Source of the DNA: Nageia nagi
Taxonomy: Eukaryota > Plantae > Pinophyta
Direction: 5' to 3'
Assembly (NCBI GenBank): GCA_050084985.1
Contig: JBITNC010000001.1
Location: 135,284,001-135,348,000 of the forward strand
DNA: 64,000 nt
Both the position numbers and the translations under genes were made by a program. Below, piece after piece: positions 13,034 through 26,340 of the stretch (position 1 is the first letter of the stretch; the number at the start of each line of letters is the position of its first letter). The notes under the pieces are model-generated. The model was not told where the DNA came from, made no database searches, and was given only the letters and a program-made list of their open reading frames with translations.

Positions 13034-14960
13034 GATATGTATATTTGTGAAACTTAAGTGTATCATAAATCTTAATATCAAGAAATTTTTTTATTAAATG
13101 TATCACAAATCTTAATATTAAGAAATTTTTTTTTTTAATATATATGATCTAGGTTATGAAAATAATGAATCCTTTAAGTAAATCATATTTATGGAAAAAA
13201 TTAGAAAATTAAAAGAAACCTTATTATGACATCAATACTTTGCCTATTAAAATTACCAAAATTAAATAAGGAATGATATTTACAATAAATAGGAGATAAA
13301 AAGGGATGTCTTTCATATTTGATGAGAAAATGATATATATCACAGATAACTTCCAAATTTAAAACTTACATGTTAATGTTAGACCTAGTGATTCTTCTAA
13401 ATAAACTCTACATTAATATAAGATTCATATAATAAAATAATATGACATAGAAAGAGGATTATATCCAAAGAATTTTATAGATAATTGTAATAACAAGTAG
13501 TTAGTCATATTTCATAATGTAAAGAATAACCATAATTGACCTTAATCCTAGATCCCTTAAAGTTTTAAACTAAAATATAATATTTTTAAAAAATTGTAAT
13601 ATAAATTAACAAGTAGTTTTTTAAATTTTAATAAAGTAAGGATTATGAACTAGTTATCAACAAGATAATTATGGAATTATTTTCTTGTACAAATATTATC
13701 TTAAATAGATATAATTATAAACATTAAAAATAATTTATTATTATTTAATAAAATAGATTTAATCAATTCTATGGATTGTCAAGATAAAACTATTTTAGGA
13801 CACAACATTATTGAGTAACTAATTACTAAAGATAAATAAAATGGATTAATTACACCTCTTTGATGTTAATACTCATATGATAGATCTTGAATAACCTTGG
13901 GAATCGAATGAGATCTTGGCGAACAAGACATAGATCTATAATTTGCCACCTCTAGGTTCATCATTCCTTGGATCTCATGCTCTACTTAACTTATAACAAG
14001 ATCATCGACATTGTTTTTGCATGATAAAAAGTATCAATGTTGTATGAATTAGAAAAATATGTATTATGCATATAATAAAACTATTTTAAATCTAGAGAAC
14101 ATAAAAGACCCATGTCTCATAAATGGTTCTTAGAAGCACCAAAGAAGATACATAGGATTGTATCAATTGACCAATCAAGATTAAATTTGATAGGTAATGC
14201 CATCTCTTGCTCATCTTTTTGCATCTTTAACATAAAAATGGGAGTATGATCTAAATTCCAAGACTATAATAAAATAATGAGAGAATCAAGATAATTAAAG
14301 GTATAATCATGATTAAGAATGTTAGCATTGATTAGTACATGATTATGAAGTTATTAGTATATTAGTATTATTATTTGCATAATTTAAATAATAATTTACT
14401 TAGATACCATAAATATAATTTTATAATTAAAAAAAAAGTTTTAGGCATCAAGAATTTTTCCCTCTTTGGATATATAATGGAAAGAAATTACATAATCTAA
14501 AGATTAATTAAGTATGAAAAAAATATATGATAACTTTCATTATACTTCCCTAAATGATGGAATATTTTACACAAAATGTTGTTATTTTGATTTCACTTTC
14601 ATGCCTTATTTTTGACCTTGTTACCTCAAATATCCATGGAAGAAATCAAAACTAAGTTTAAAAAATTTATGTTCTACGAAAAATAATTTGAAAAGGTCAT
14701 AAGAAAAATAACTACAAATGTAGATTAAATCTTATATGCTGTAAAATTTTTAAAACAAATAATGAAATATACTTAACAAGGTATAGCTTATAAAATTATA
14801 GCCTTGAGAATGAATCTATCTAATCAAGAAGGATCATGGTGGAAATTTTAATACCCTAAAAGTACAAAGATAAGTTTTATATGAGTATAGTCATATTTTT
14901 AAGAAGGTTCATGGATGACTTAATCAACCTTTACCTAATTTTCATAATGGAGCTATCATG

Positions 14961-15247
14961 ATGGTGGATCTTTTAATGCCTCAAAAGAACTAAAATCTAA
15001 TCTACTAGTGATGGATCTTTTGATACCACAAATGAGTAAAAAGTGATTCTACTAATGGTAGATCTTTTAATACCCCAAAAAATGAGAAAGGGAGTCTTCT
15101 AACTTAACTTATCTTTTAATACTCTAAACGAGATAAAATGGAGTCTACTAGAGATGAATCTTTTAATATCTTACAAGAACCAAAAGAAACTAGACTAATG
15201 ATATATATTTTAATACCCCAAAATAGGGAAAAGGAAGTCTCCTACTA
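14961..15247. repeat. Degenerate minisatellite, about 47-49-bp unit, about 6 copies (outlier copy near 14837)
   Basis: Recurrent atggtggatcttttaataccccaaa...agtctacta core. Confidence 0.8.
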
Positions 15248-16324
15248 TATTTAGAAAACTATTGATTGAATTATTAGGTTATTTGAAAATCTAAGAGTAG
15301 TAATATAAATATATTTTTCATGAATTCTAAGAAAAAAATAATTTAAGAATGTATTCATTACTTAATCTTACCTTTATTAAAATTATGTAAATTTTTTAAT
15401 GGTAGAATTTCTTTTTTTAGAAATCAAGAATACTAATGATATTGTTATTTATAACAAAAATTGTAATTCAATTTTATTGGAAAAAAATGTTAACGCAAGT
15501 AAAGAAGTATGACTAAATTTTGCAAAAATTTTAATCAATTGCAAATAAAATAATTTGCCTTACTTCAAACATAAGAGAATATCTTGTGTATAACCTACTC
15601 AAGAAAATTACATTATTTTAATAGAGATAATTTGAAAGATATTATAGTTTAATATTTAACATTTTGATATCCTTACTGTAATCTTCTTAAGTATTAAATG
15701 AATTTATTATTGGGAGAACAATACATATGTATTTACTATTAATGAACAATATCATTGGTATTTTTGTTTTCTGAAATGTAGTTTTAACATTAAAAACAAC
15801 ATTTGTGAGAGAATTATGCAAAATGTAGTGCATTTTCTTATTTGTATCATTGAAAAAGTGTCATGACTTTTTAATAAAAGTAATAAGATAAAAATAATAT
15901 GAAAAAAATTAAAGAAGGAGGTTAACCACCATTGGTTTCATGTATCTTATATGGTTGATTCTTTTTCTAATAACATTAATATGAGGGTTAAGATTTGATC
16001 GATCATTTTCTCTTGCATATTAATTGGACATTATGGATCATTGATATAGAAATGAAAAGAGTAAGGTTTTAGTACATATATGAACTATATCACTTAATTG
16101 GTACATGCAAATCAAGGTTTATTGGGTGATTTTAGTTTTCTAAAAATTCATTTGTAATTTTATTAATTTTTGTATTTTTTTGAGTAATGGTTTAAAACTT
16201 TTGAAATTCATTTTTTATATTTTTAATATATATTTTACTATTTTTATCAATTAAAGATGTAATGTATTTGATGTTCATGGTAATTTTTTCCTTTTAAAAT
16301 TCATTATTTTTTAATGAAATAATA

Positions 16325-19300
16325 CTTTTTATTAAATAAAAATCTTTCTTATAGAAAGGAGGGTGGATGGGAGTAACAAAAATCATATATCATACCATAG
16401 TCTCTATCAAGAAAATATCATTATCATCAAGACAAACCATTACCACCAACAAAAGTTTACAAGGTTCAACCTATGAGCCTCATAGTAAGTAAGAATTAAT
16501 GCATGTCCCACATTAGCATGGGGGATAAAAATTATTAACCAAGTGCATATATTACCACTCCCCATTATCATTAATCATATCATTCCAACCATCATTAATA
16601 GTGGCCACATCATTAACTTCCCCTACTTCAATGTGGGCACACTTCACATTCTCTTGAAGCTTGTGAGATTGGGTCTAAGGCTCATCTCCCAATCCCACCA
16701 CTAGAGTAGATGGAGAGGGATATACATCCCATCCACTTGTAATAAAAATGTTTGACATCCTATCCACATGAATAATATCTTACAAATGGCAAAGAATCGA
16801 TGGGGGTTGAGACCAATGGTATTGGGAGAAGGAGATGAGTTATGAGAATAGTATGGGGGATGGCTAGGAATATGCTATGTGAGCAATGAAGATAATGCCC
16901 TCCATGAATCTAATAACACTCCCACTATGGAGGAGACACATCTAAAAAAACATAGTTGAGATTATAAGGAGCATTCCCCCAATTTTTAATCAAATTCTGT
17001 AAGTATTGAACCTCCAAATTAACTTTTTTCAAGTTGAACCATTATTTGTAACCAATAATCATAAAATACAAAATATTTATCAATAAGAGAGAAATGGGTT
17101 GAAGCCTCTTATCTCCTAAAGATAATATTATTTCCAATTTTTCATAAAATGTATAGAACACTTATTCAAAAGATATACCAGACATAACTAAGAGGTTTTG
17201 AAAATACCATAGGGTCTCCTAGAATAGAATGAACATAAGTGATAGGAGCTTCAAGGAAAGGATTAAAGAAAGAAAGAATCCACTCCCAAGATTTATGAAC
17301 TTTAAAAAAAGACCAACAATGATGAACAAAATTTTCCAACTAAAGATAGAAAGTACAAATGGGATTAATAACACTTAAATTCGTACTATAATGTTCTATA
17401 GGAAAACCTTGACAAAGCAGAATTTAGGAAAAAAACTCTACTTATATTCTAAATAATTGGCCTAAACCACATTAAAGTTGATAGAACACTGAGATTGATA
17501 GGACACCAAATCACACTAAAGGTTCAAAGTGTTAACTATAGGAACATTGGAGGAAATCTAGTTGTACCATATATGAGGTTTATACTTCATAAACTAAACA
17601 TTCTTGGGCCAAAACCAGTTAGACCACCAAGGCTTTTGGAAATGCTTGCCAAATATAAACCAAACAAAAAAAGGAGTGTAGTCAACCATCGCATTGAATA
17701 AGTTCTTATCATGTATTTTAAAATTATGAATTCTTCTAAATATGTCCTATGAAAATCAACTCCTAGTGTGAGGATCAAAGGAATCATAAATGTAATCAAT
17801 TCCATTTTTGTGAAATATTAAGGCTCTAATTCATTGAATTTTAGGTAGAGGAAATCCTTCAACTTGAATAATCAAGGACCACCATAGATTAATAGTAGGA
17901 ATTGAAGCCCTTGCAAACTTATCTCTAAGATTCCAGCTAAGCTAGGGTTTGAAAGCTTCCCAAGATTTCTAGATACTCTTGATAACAAATGAACTTGTAA
18001 TCTTAACCAAAATTGGGATTATGAGAATATTCTACAAGGAAACACCCTTCCACACCATCTTTCTAAGAGGGAGGCTAGTAACCAAGCAAAGTTGGATGAT
18101 AATTTTTAAATCTTCTTATCAATCTTAGGCTCTTAAAATTTTCTCAGCACTTGTAAGAGCATATGCTTGAGTTTGGTAATTAAAGATCCTATTACCATCA
18201 ACAACTTGAGGAATATAATAAATATTCCAAGTAACTCTATGAAAAGCCCTCTTATTAATATTAGAAGCATAAATAAAAGCCTAGAGAAGCTTTTCTAACT
18301 TTTGGTAGTACGCTTTAGAGGGGATGCAGTAAGAAGTATAATATGCATGGGTCTAGAGGCCAACACTTGGAGAATATTTAAAACTTCCCAACCAAAGATA
18401 ATTTTTTAGTTGACAAGTAACTAAGAATATTTTCAACTCTTTCCACCATAAGATTCCAACCAAAGATAATTTTTTAACCTTTGATGACTCATTACTAACT
18501 CAAAAGGGATCATGTGACTACTCATTTAACAAGTCTTTTTGAGATCTATCCAATGGTATATTATTTAAATCAATTAGAGATCTATAAAAAAGTTATAGCC
18601 TTTGAAAAGTGAAGACAATTGTTTGTATTTTTTTTAAGATGCTAATATGTTTGAAGTTATTATTAGATAGTAATCTTTAGTTATATTTATATGCTCATAA
18701 TAAACTAAATATCAATATAATATTGGTAACACTTTACAACTTTTTTAAAAAAATAGCTTATTTCGCTACTTACTATATGTGATTTTTGTACATTTTTGCT
18801 ATGACTCTGAATCCAATTCATCACATTTTGAAATTTTTTATTTCACCATCATTTGTTATGCATAACATTGTTGACCAAGTAAACCAATGAGCTTTAGGAA
18901 AGTCTTCTAGGTAAAAGGTGCAATTAGGATAAAAAGGTTAAGCTTATTTTTCATAAAACCCCAAGCTTCTTGCTCTCCTCAATTCCACCTCATAGTAAAT
19001 TAACTTTTTTTATCTGAATACTTTTCGATTATATTAAAGTCACCATACAAAATCTAGGTGGCAAATGGCAGCGAATGAGCAAGCCAATGCCATAATTCTT
19101 TTCTCTCCTGAGAATCAATGGAGGTATAAATATTTATAATGCCAAAACATTTTCCAAAACCTCAAGCAATACCCAAATAACTTGACTATAAGAGTCAACA
19201 CCCCAGGGAACAATATTACATTTCCACTTAGAAGAAATGAAAATGACTACTTCTTCTTTTTCAAAAGCATTATTAGTGTGAAAGAAGGGGGTCCTCTGCT

Positions 19301-20790
19301 AGGAAAATGTATCAGTAAACTATAGAATAAAATCAATAACTTTGACTTCTTACAAATAGATAAAATTCAACATTCCATAAGAGTGAGTGATATTATCAAG
19401 CTCACTCTAGACTGTATATTTGTAGGTTGGGTTTGTCAACCCTCTAACATTCAATTAAGTCATGATCATTGGAGAATGTTAGGGATATTAAGGTCCATGG
19501 AATCCTCAAAGTCTCCAAAGACATGCAGAGAATAAAATGAGTTACTATAACTTTGTATTCTTCCTAAATCCACACCCATCTATCTATGCTTCTCTAAGTA
19601 TTCATGATGAATACCCCTCTAAGGGATTATAGACTAATGGAGTTTGAAAGAGGAGTTTTCCTCCATGCTAAAAGAAGGGGTTGGTAGAGTCATTTTGTTG
19701 AACCATAAGAGGGACCAAACCAGATGGAATACACAAAGGGATCATGGGTAACAACCAAAGTATTAATGGCTACTAGGGATGACTAAATCATAGGGTCAAC
19801 AAGAAAGGGTTGAAAGTTAGCTTGGGACACATGGAAAACTGGTGGTGATTTTCCAACCACAGCCTAATGCACATTATTAATAGCTACACCCTTTTGCATA
19901 TTATTCCAATTCTAATGGTAATTGGGAACCATTTTTCACTTCTCCTCCCTACTTTTTCTCATAAATACACGATAAGAAGATGTGGGTGGGTTGACAACAA
20001 GTTTCTCCTTAAACCTTTCTACCATAATAGAGAATTTATGAATCTTATGGTTTGGGGACTAGCAATGATAAGAAGTATTGGGTAGACCAATAAATTTCAA
20101 TTGTTGATAAAAAGCCTCATCCCCAATGTTAACATCTATATACTCAAGAAAATCATGAGTAAGGTCGAATTTAACATACACAAGCTTGGAAGGTCGAGAT
20201 GAGAATAAATATTTAGGTTGAAAATAAATAAACTTCCCAAGAATTCCAACTAAGATTTTTAGGAATTGCCACATAGGAATGGGAAGGCTAGGGAATTCAA
20301 CCCACATAGGAATATTAGTGGAACCTTCAACTTGCGCATTAAACCTTGTAATATAAGGTTGAAGAAATAGAAGGGAATTACAGACAGTCCAAGGTTATGT
20401 GTTAAGCACCTTTTGGGCATAAGCATGTTCAGAGGAATGAAATAAACAATACTCTTTAGAGAGATTTTGAACATTTTCAACTTTGATACCATAAGGACTC
20501 TAGACCTAACCAACCCAAGTATGCAAAAGAGTATCATTAGGAATCCAACCCAAAAAATAGCCTACCATAGTATGTGATTCAAACCATTGGCAAATTAAAT
20601 GAAATTCATCAACAATAATAACAACTTGAGGGATAAAAGCATTACTTCATTCTCCACTTTTAGAAGGAATTTGTGGGGATGTTTTCCAAGCACCATAGAT
20701 AGCTACAACAACTTCACCAATAGATGAAATGTTTGGATGCATAGCAGCCATATTTAAAACTGCACAACATTGCTAACAACAATGTAATTG
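16325..20790 (-). mobile_element. Strongly decayed L1-clade LINE, apparently lacking the RT core
   Basis: ORF1 DUF4283-like WVEFPSLPIPMW and a decayed zinc knuckle at about 20040-20310; ORF2 start MIMT*LNVRGL at 19469; endonuclease remnants to about 18800, then post-RT remnants. Confidence 0.75.
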
Positions 20791-21382
20791 CTATTGTGTG
20801 TCAAGATGAGAGTGTACTACAAAAATCCATAATGATTAATACGATATGATGTAGGTAACAAGGAGAAAAACCCTAATTTCTAATACATGCATACAATTTT
20901 TCTATTTTGCTCCATTAAATTATGTATATATCAATAAAAAAATATACAATCTAAACACTTCACATTTATACCAAGAAAATTCATATACTTATAATAACCT
21001 AAATAACTATATTTCTATAATTTAATAATTAAATAATTATATTATAAATTATAAAAAATAGATGCATTTTAAAAACATCAAAATAAAACCGTGCTACAAC
21101 TTGTAAAGAGTATATTATAGTTTACTAAGATGAAAATTTTAATATTTTAACATTGTATTATTATCTTCTATTCATTATTTATCTATATTAATTATGTTAC
21201 TTAGCTATTTGAAAGATTATATGTTACTCTACTTTCCCCTTTATTTGTAAAGTGAACTTTAGTTTCAGAATTGGACAAACTTACATAAAAGGCATACTTC
21301 AAGCATACGAATATCAAAGCAATTTGGCACATCATTTCTTCAAATATAACCATTTCTGTTCTGAAACAACTGATCGCTTCTC

Positions 21383-21790
21383 GTTTGTCCTTTGGCGCAT
21401 ATCCTGAATGAATGCGTCCAAGATTTAAAATAAGAACCTCCTCCCTTGTCACCAATTTGTCGTCGTCCACGTCAAACTCACTGAAATCCATGCCAACCTT
21501 CCAAACATGTTTTGCAAATCTGCAGTTGAGAGATTGGTCTCAGAAATCCTCCCATGCCGATACTCTCCATTTTCGAATTCCATCCGTTGTGAGTCAGAAA
21601 TTCTTCCACAGAAGGGTGTTAAATAACCTTTGGCTGGGGTATATTCTATCTATGAGTATTAGACCGACTCTGGATATCAATGCGTAAGACGATCTTATTT
21701 ATACGTGAAACGCTGGATGTACATAGCGAACGACTCCATGAGCGAAAAATAACGTATTTGCTTTGAAGGGTAGATTTTAAATTGTAAACG
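21383..21790 (-). pseudogene. Internally deleted UDP-glycosyltransferase paralogue (promoter fused to the 3' end)
   Basis: Similar to 43530-43915 (FLTHNGWNS, DQSLNCRFAKHVWKVGMD, DVDDDKLVTREEV, DAFIQDMR), then jumps to sequence matching 45090-45220 including the TATA context atttatacgtg (21697-21707). Confidence 0.92.
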
Positions 21791-22959
21791 GCGCGTCTTG
21801 GTATATAATAATGGAGTAGACTGACCGGATGATTGAGAAAGCTCTAAGCAACGTCCAAGTTGTGGTTACCAAATGAGACAAGGCAGGAGGAGTATATGTT
21901 GTATGGTTGTAAAAGAGCCGAGGTGGTCGGACCAGGAATGGGGATATGACTTGTTGAGGATAGGTACAATTTTGACTATCAACTTAACATTATGTTTTAC
22001 TGTATTTACTTTACTGCTAGTTTACCCTTCGTTGTCATATGTCACTTTTGAACTTCTTAAAATTGAGTATGGAATAAATTCTCATATTTTGAGCTGAATT
22101 AGAAGAAATTGGGATATGTGAAAGCTTATTGTGTGAAGGTAGAAGATAAATATCAACAAGTTGATGAAATATTTATGATTTTAGATATATCAACGAGGAT
22201 TCAATATTACGTAAGAGAATTTATGAAAACATTATTATTCCATAATTATTTGTAACATGATAATTGCTTAGAAAATGAAGTATGAATATATATAGTTTTT
22301 GATCTAGGTTATTCCCCTCTTGATGATCAAGTTTATCCTCCATCGTCTCTCAAAAATTTCATGTGGTCATGAATCCCTAAAATAGGGATCAATAGGCATA
22401 AACATAATATCTTGGTAAATGTGATGGAAAGTTCTTTAATGATCCATTTATCTTGTTTTAATTTTTTTTCTTCTTAGAATCATAATTATCTTAGAACTAA
22501 TACTATTGAAAACTCTAGGATGATGACCTTACCTTAACAAATGCATCTTGAATACAAGAAAATGATGAATCATTTACAAGATCAACTCCACAATATACAT
22601 AAATTAACTATCAACAATTGCTCATACTTATTTCTTATAACCTCTCCCTCTAACTCAACCAACCTAAGACATCCCATATAATATTACCTACAAACATTAA
22701 AAGTGTGAGTCTTCATTGTTAAGAAAGATTTACCCATCGTATTAGGTAATTTAAATAAATATAAATTTTCTCTTTATGTGATGATAAAGGGAAAGAAAAA
22801 CATCTAATTATTTTATCCTATGCACTTGAATTCTTATTTAATTTCTAATAAAATTTCACAATATAGTAGACCTCACATTCTTCACTCCAAAAGGCATGAC
22901 CACACAATATAGTAGAACTCACATTCTTCAATCCATATACTTGGGAGTTATGAAAAAAT

Positions 22960-23493
22960 ATTATATAGGGACAAGCTTCACATAATTCTCTATAAGAATT
23001 TTTTTTTTTTTTGAAAAAAAGATTATGTTTAGATCAAATTATGGTGGATGGACATGAGCACTTTTCGAAACCACAAACATGCCCAATACAAAATTCATAA
23101 AAAAAAATATTAATTCAAAAATTATGAAAAAATATCAAGGACAAGATCCAATGTGTTAGGTATCTTTTCCTAAAGAATTTTCAAAAATACCTTGATTTTA
23201 GTCAAATTATGATGAACAAACAAGTGAATCATATGGTCCAAAAATGATTTTTTTTTTAAAGTGGTTTTTGTTCATCCCTTTTAATTTTGAATTATATGAT
23301 CTGGTTACTAGAATAAATTATATATTTGAAAAAAAGACTCTGAGAATTACATTTTCACTGTAGTGACCTTTTTCATGATTCCATGTCTAAGTTCTTCAAA
23401 TTTTGAGATCAATCATACCTAACTTCAAAAATCAACAAAAACAATTCCACTTTTTGACCTTAAAAGTGGAACCAACTTCTTGCACCCACCCAA
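22960..23493. mobile_element. Non-autonomous DNA-transposon-like terminal repeat (one end), copy 1; related copy at about 58300-58812
   Basis: Shared end ttccactttttg...gtgga.ccaacttctt..a...acccaa and internal blocks (catgagca.ttttcgaaac, aaagtggtttt...tcatccctt). It truncates the adjacent pol remnant; superfamily not established. Confidence 0.6.
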
Positions 23494-26340
23494 AAATGTA
23501 AAATAATTCTTCCAATAGTAGATAGTACCTTACCCTTTCTACCAAGGTTAACTGAGATCCTATCTTGATCAACTTTGGTTCCTCTTTGGTACCGATGTTA
23601 ACTTCCACTATTTCTTCACTTAAATAGGATATTTCATCATTGAGTTGGGGCGACATCGATAATACCCCAAGTAATACATCCAAAGTCAGCCATTAGAGAC
23701 CCAAAAGTGAAGTGACATATCCCTGAAAGGGACACAAATAATTAGGTATCTACTTTCTAACTACCTAGTTTTAATCCTAAATTATGAAAAATGGAAGATA
23801 AAGAATTCATTAAGGATGGTATGAACCTGCAATATCCTCATCATCTTTGCAAATCTCTTCTCCAAAATAATTTTGATGGGGAAGCATCCATGTAGCCAAT
23901 CTCTTTTCACTAGATTAGGGGAACTCACTTTTAGCTTCCATCATCTCAAGAATAACATAATCACTTTGAAAAATATTTAGTCATATAGGGACAAGAGGTA
24001 GCAAGAATGTATTAACATAATATTCTTAAAATTCTTCACTAGGGCTATGCATCTTGGTATAATACAACCATTAATCAAACAATAAATAATCACCTCCTTG
24101 CTCCTATTTCTCAACATTTTGAATAGTCAGAGTGGATGATTTCACCTTAGTAATTGATTCCTCAAATCTAATACAAGAGGTTCTCTTAATATGGCTAATA
24201 TTTGGAATGGGTTTAATGATGCCTTACTCATTCTTACCTGATCCTTTACCACCACAATGATATTTCTACATATATTTATTGTCAAAAGCAAAAATATTTT
24301 TGAAATTCATACATACCAGGCCTTTTAACATACCATTCTAATAAGATTTATAAATAGACCCATCCTTTGTAGTAACTGATGATGATTTTTCCTCATGCTC
24401 TTCATAAAGGGTACTAACACCAAGGACATGATCTTTTGGTTAATTAAGAATGGCATAACATCAATTAAAATAAAGCTCCTATGAGCATCATTGTTGCATT
24501 TTTGGTATAGACAAGGTCATCCCAACTCCTTGAAACTATGTTAAATATCTAAATTTGGAATTTGATATGCTCTCATACTTATCTCTTATAAAGCTACCTC
24601 TTTGATAGGTTTCATCATATCTTCTTCATAAATAACCAAATCATAAGGGACCCAAAATCTTTGAGTGGCTTAACATAAGTTTTTGCATTTTCTTTAGCAT
24701 GAATAATAAATATCTTACCTTTATATAAGAATTTTATCAACTAATGGAGAATAGAAGTAATATCCCTAAGCTTATGTATCCAAGGTCTACCAAGTAACAA
24801 ATTATATGGAAATTTTTCTTGAAAAATATAAACTTTTTTATTAACATATTTTCTTCCTACTTCAATGGCCATATTAAAATAACCAATGCATTCTTTTTTG
24901 GTATTAACAAAGTCTTTAATACTAATATTAGTTCTTCTCATATTTTCATAGCTATATGGAAAATATTTTTGCAATAAATCAATGGAATGAACATTTGTAT
25001 TAAAATTTGTATCAATTAATGTTTTCTTAATAGGTATACCATCAACATTTACATGGATATACATGCCTATATTCTTTTTAATAACATATTCACTAGATAA
25101 TTCATTATCTTGAAAGAAAAGCATATTAAAAGTATGATCTATATCAAGATTAGAAATTAACTTAACAAATTTGCAAAAAAGAATATCAACATCTACATCA
25201 ATATTTTTTAGTGCATCAAATAATGCATTTGTATGAGCTATTGATAATTGTAAACTATCAAAAATACTTATCTTGGTATATGTTACCTTTATTTTCTTTA
25301 AGGTTTATTGTACACCTAAAATGTGATGAGCCTTTTTCCTTTCAATTTTCATCGAGTGAATGTTCCCTATAGGCCTCCCTCATCGAGAATTGGTACATTG
25401 TTCCTCATTAAAAATGATATTCATTGTCAAGGTTTCTAGAATTTTAGATTCAACCATATGTGTTTCATATTGAAACATTTCATCATCAAGTAGTTTCTTC
25501 AATGATTTCCTCAAAAGCATGTAAGCATTAGGTCTATGACCTTTAACCTTGTGATAATCACAAAAGGCCTCTTTGTTTTACCAACTAGGCTTTTCATTAT
25601 TCGATCTTAATTCTCTTTGCTTATTAGGAATAATTAATATTATCTGTAAGAAATCCTTGTACATAATTGAACGAGCTATAGGTAGCCTTATGGCATTTCA
25701 TAAGGAATAATTAATATTATCTGTAAGAAATCCTTGTACATAATTGAACGAGCTAGAGGTAACCTTATGGCATTTCATAATTTTTGTTTAGCTTGATTTT
25801 TCTTATTCCTTATATTGAGGCTCTTTAATAACACAAACTTCTTTTTGTTCCTTTTTTTTCTAATAGGCTCCCTTTTTGTCTCTTTACAAGGATTTCCATA
25901 TTTTAAACTGCCAATATAAACCAAACACTTCTCCTTTTGAACTAATCTATGGACAATCTTTGTAAATTGAAGAGACATATAATCCAAGGCTATAAATTTT
26001 AATTCATGATGAATATTATGAACAAACAAAGATTTACAATGCACCTTTGATAATGGTTCTTGTATTGTGCTCTATAATTTTTAGAATCCTTATGCAAATT
26101 TATCAATTTTTTATTTGCATCTTGTGTAGTATTTCCAAACTTTAATAGGTTATAATTTTTCTAGGAGCAAGATACTTAAAATGCATGTAAAATTCAAAGA
26201 TGAGTTACACATAAAAATTAATTGATGTAGTTGGAAAAGAGAAGTACCAAGTGAGAGCATCACCCCTTAATATAGTTGGAAAATATTTTTCCATCAAGTT
26301 ATCATCCACTCCAAACTTCACCTTGATATGACTTGAAAAT
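23494..26340 (-). mobile_element. Decayed Tat/Ogre-like gypsy gag-protease fragment, no LTRs seen
   Basis: gag remnant with FCDYHKVKGH (about 25535-25570); protease ORF 24741-25124 (KTLIDTN...YNLLLGRPWIH); G-patch-like GGKGSGKNE*GIIKPI at about 24205-24255; pre-RT EVNIGTKEEPKLIKIG...IFGW. Confidence 0.85.
25626..25780. repeat. Near-perfect 77-bp tandem duplication inside the decayed gag
   Basis: aggaataattaatattatctgtaagaaatccttgtacataattgaacgagcta... occurs twice with about 2 differences. Confidence 0.92.

Noticed and set aside
8340-13050. Target-site duplication for the L1
   Set aside because: The flanks do not share a credible direct repeat.
14961-15247. CRISPR-like repeat/spacer appearance
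   Set aside because: Repeats are degenerate, the intervals resemble each other, there are no cas genes, and the context is plant nuclear DNA.
21861-22257. Possible solo LTR (TG...CA)
   Set aside because: No matching TSD or second copy found.
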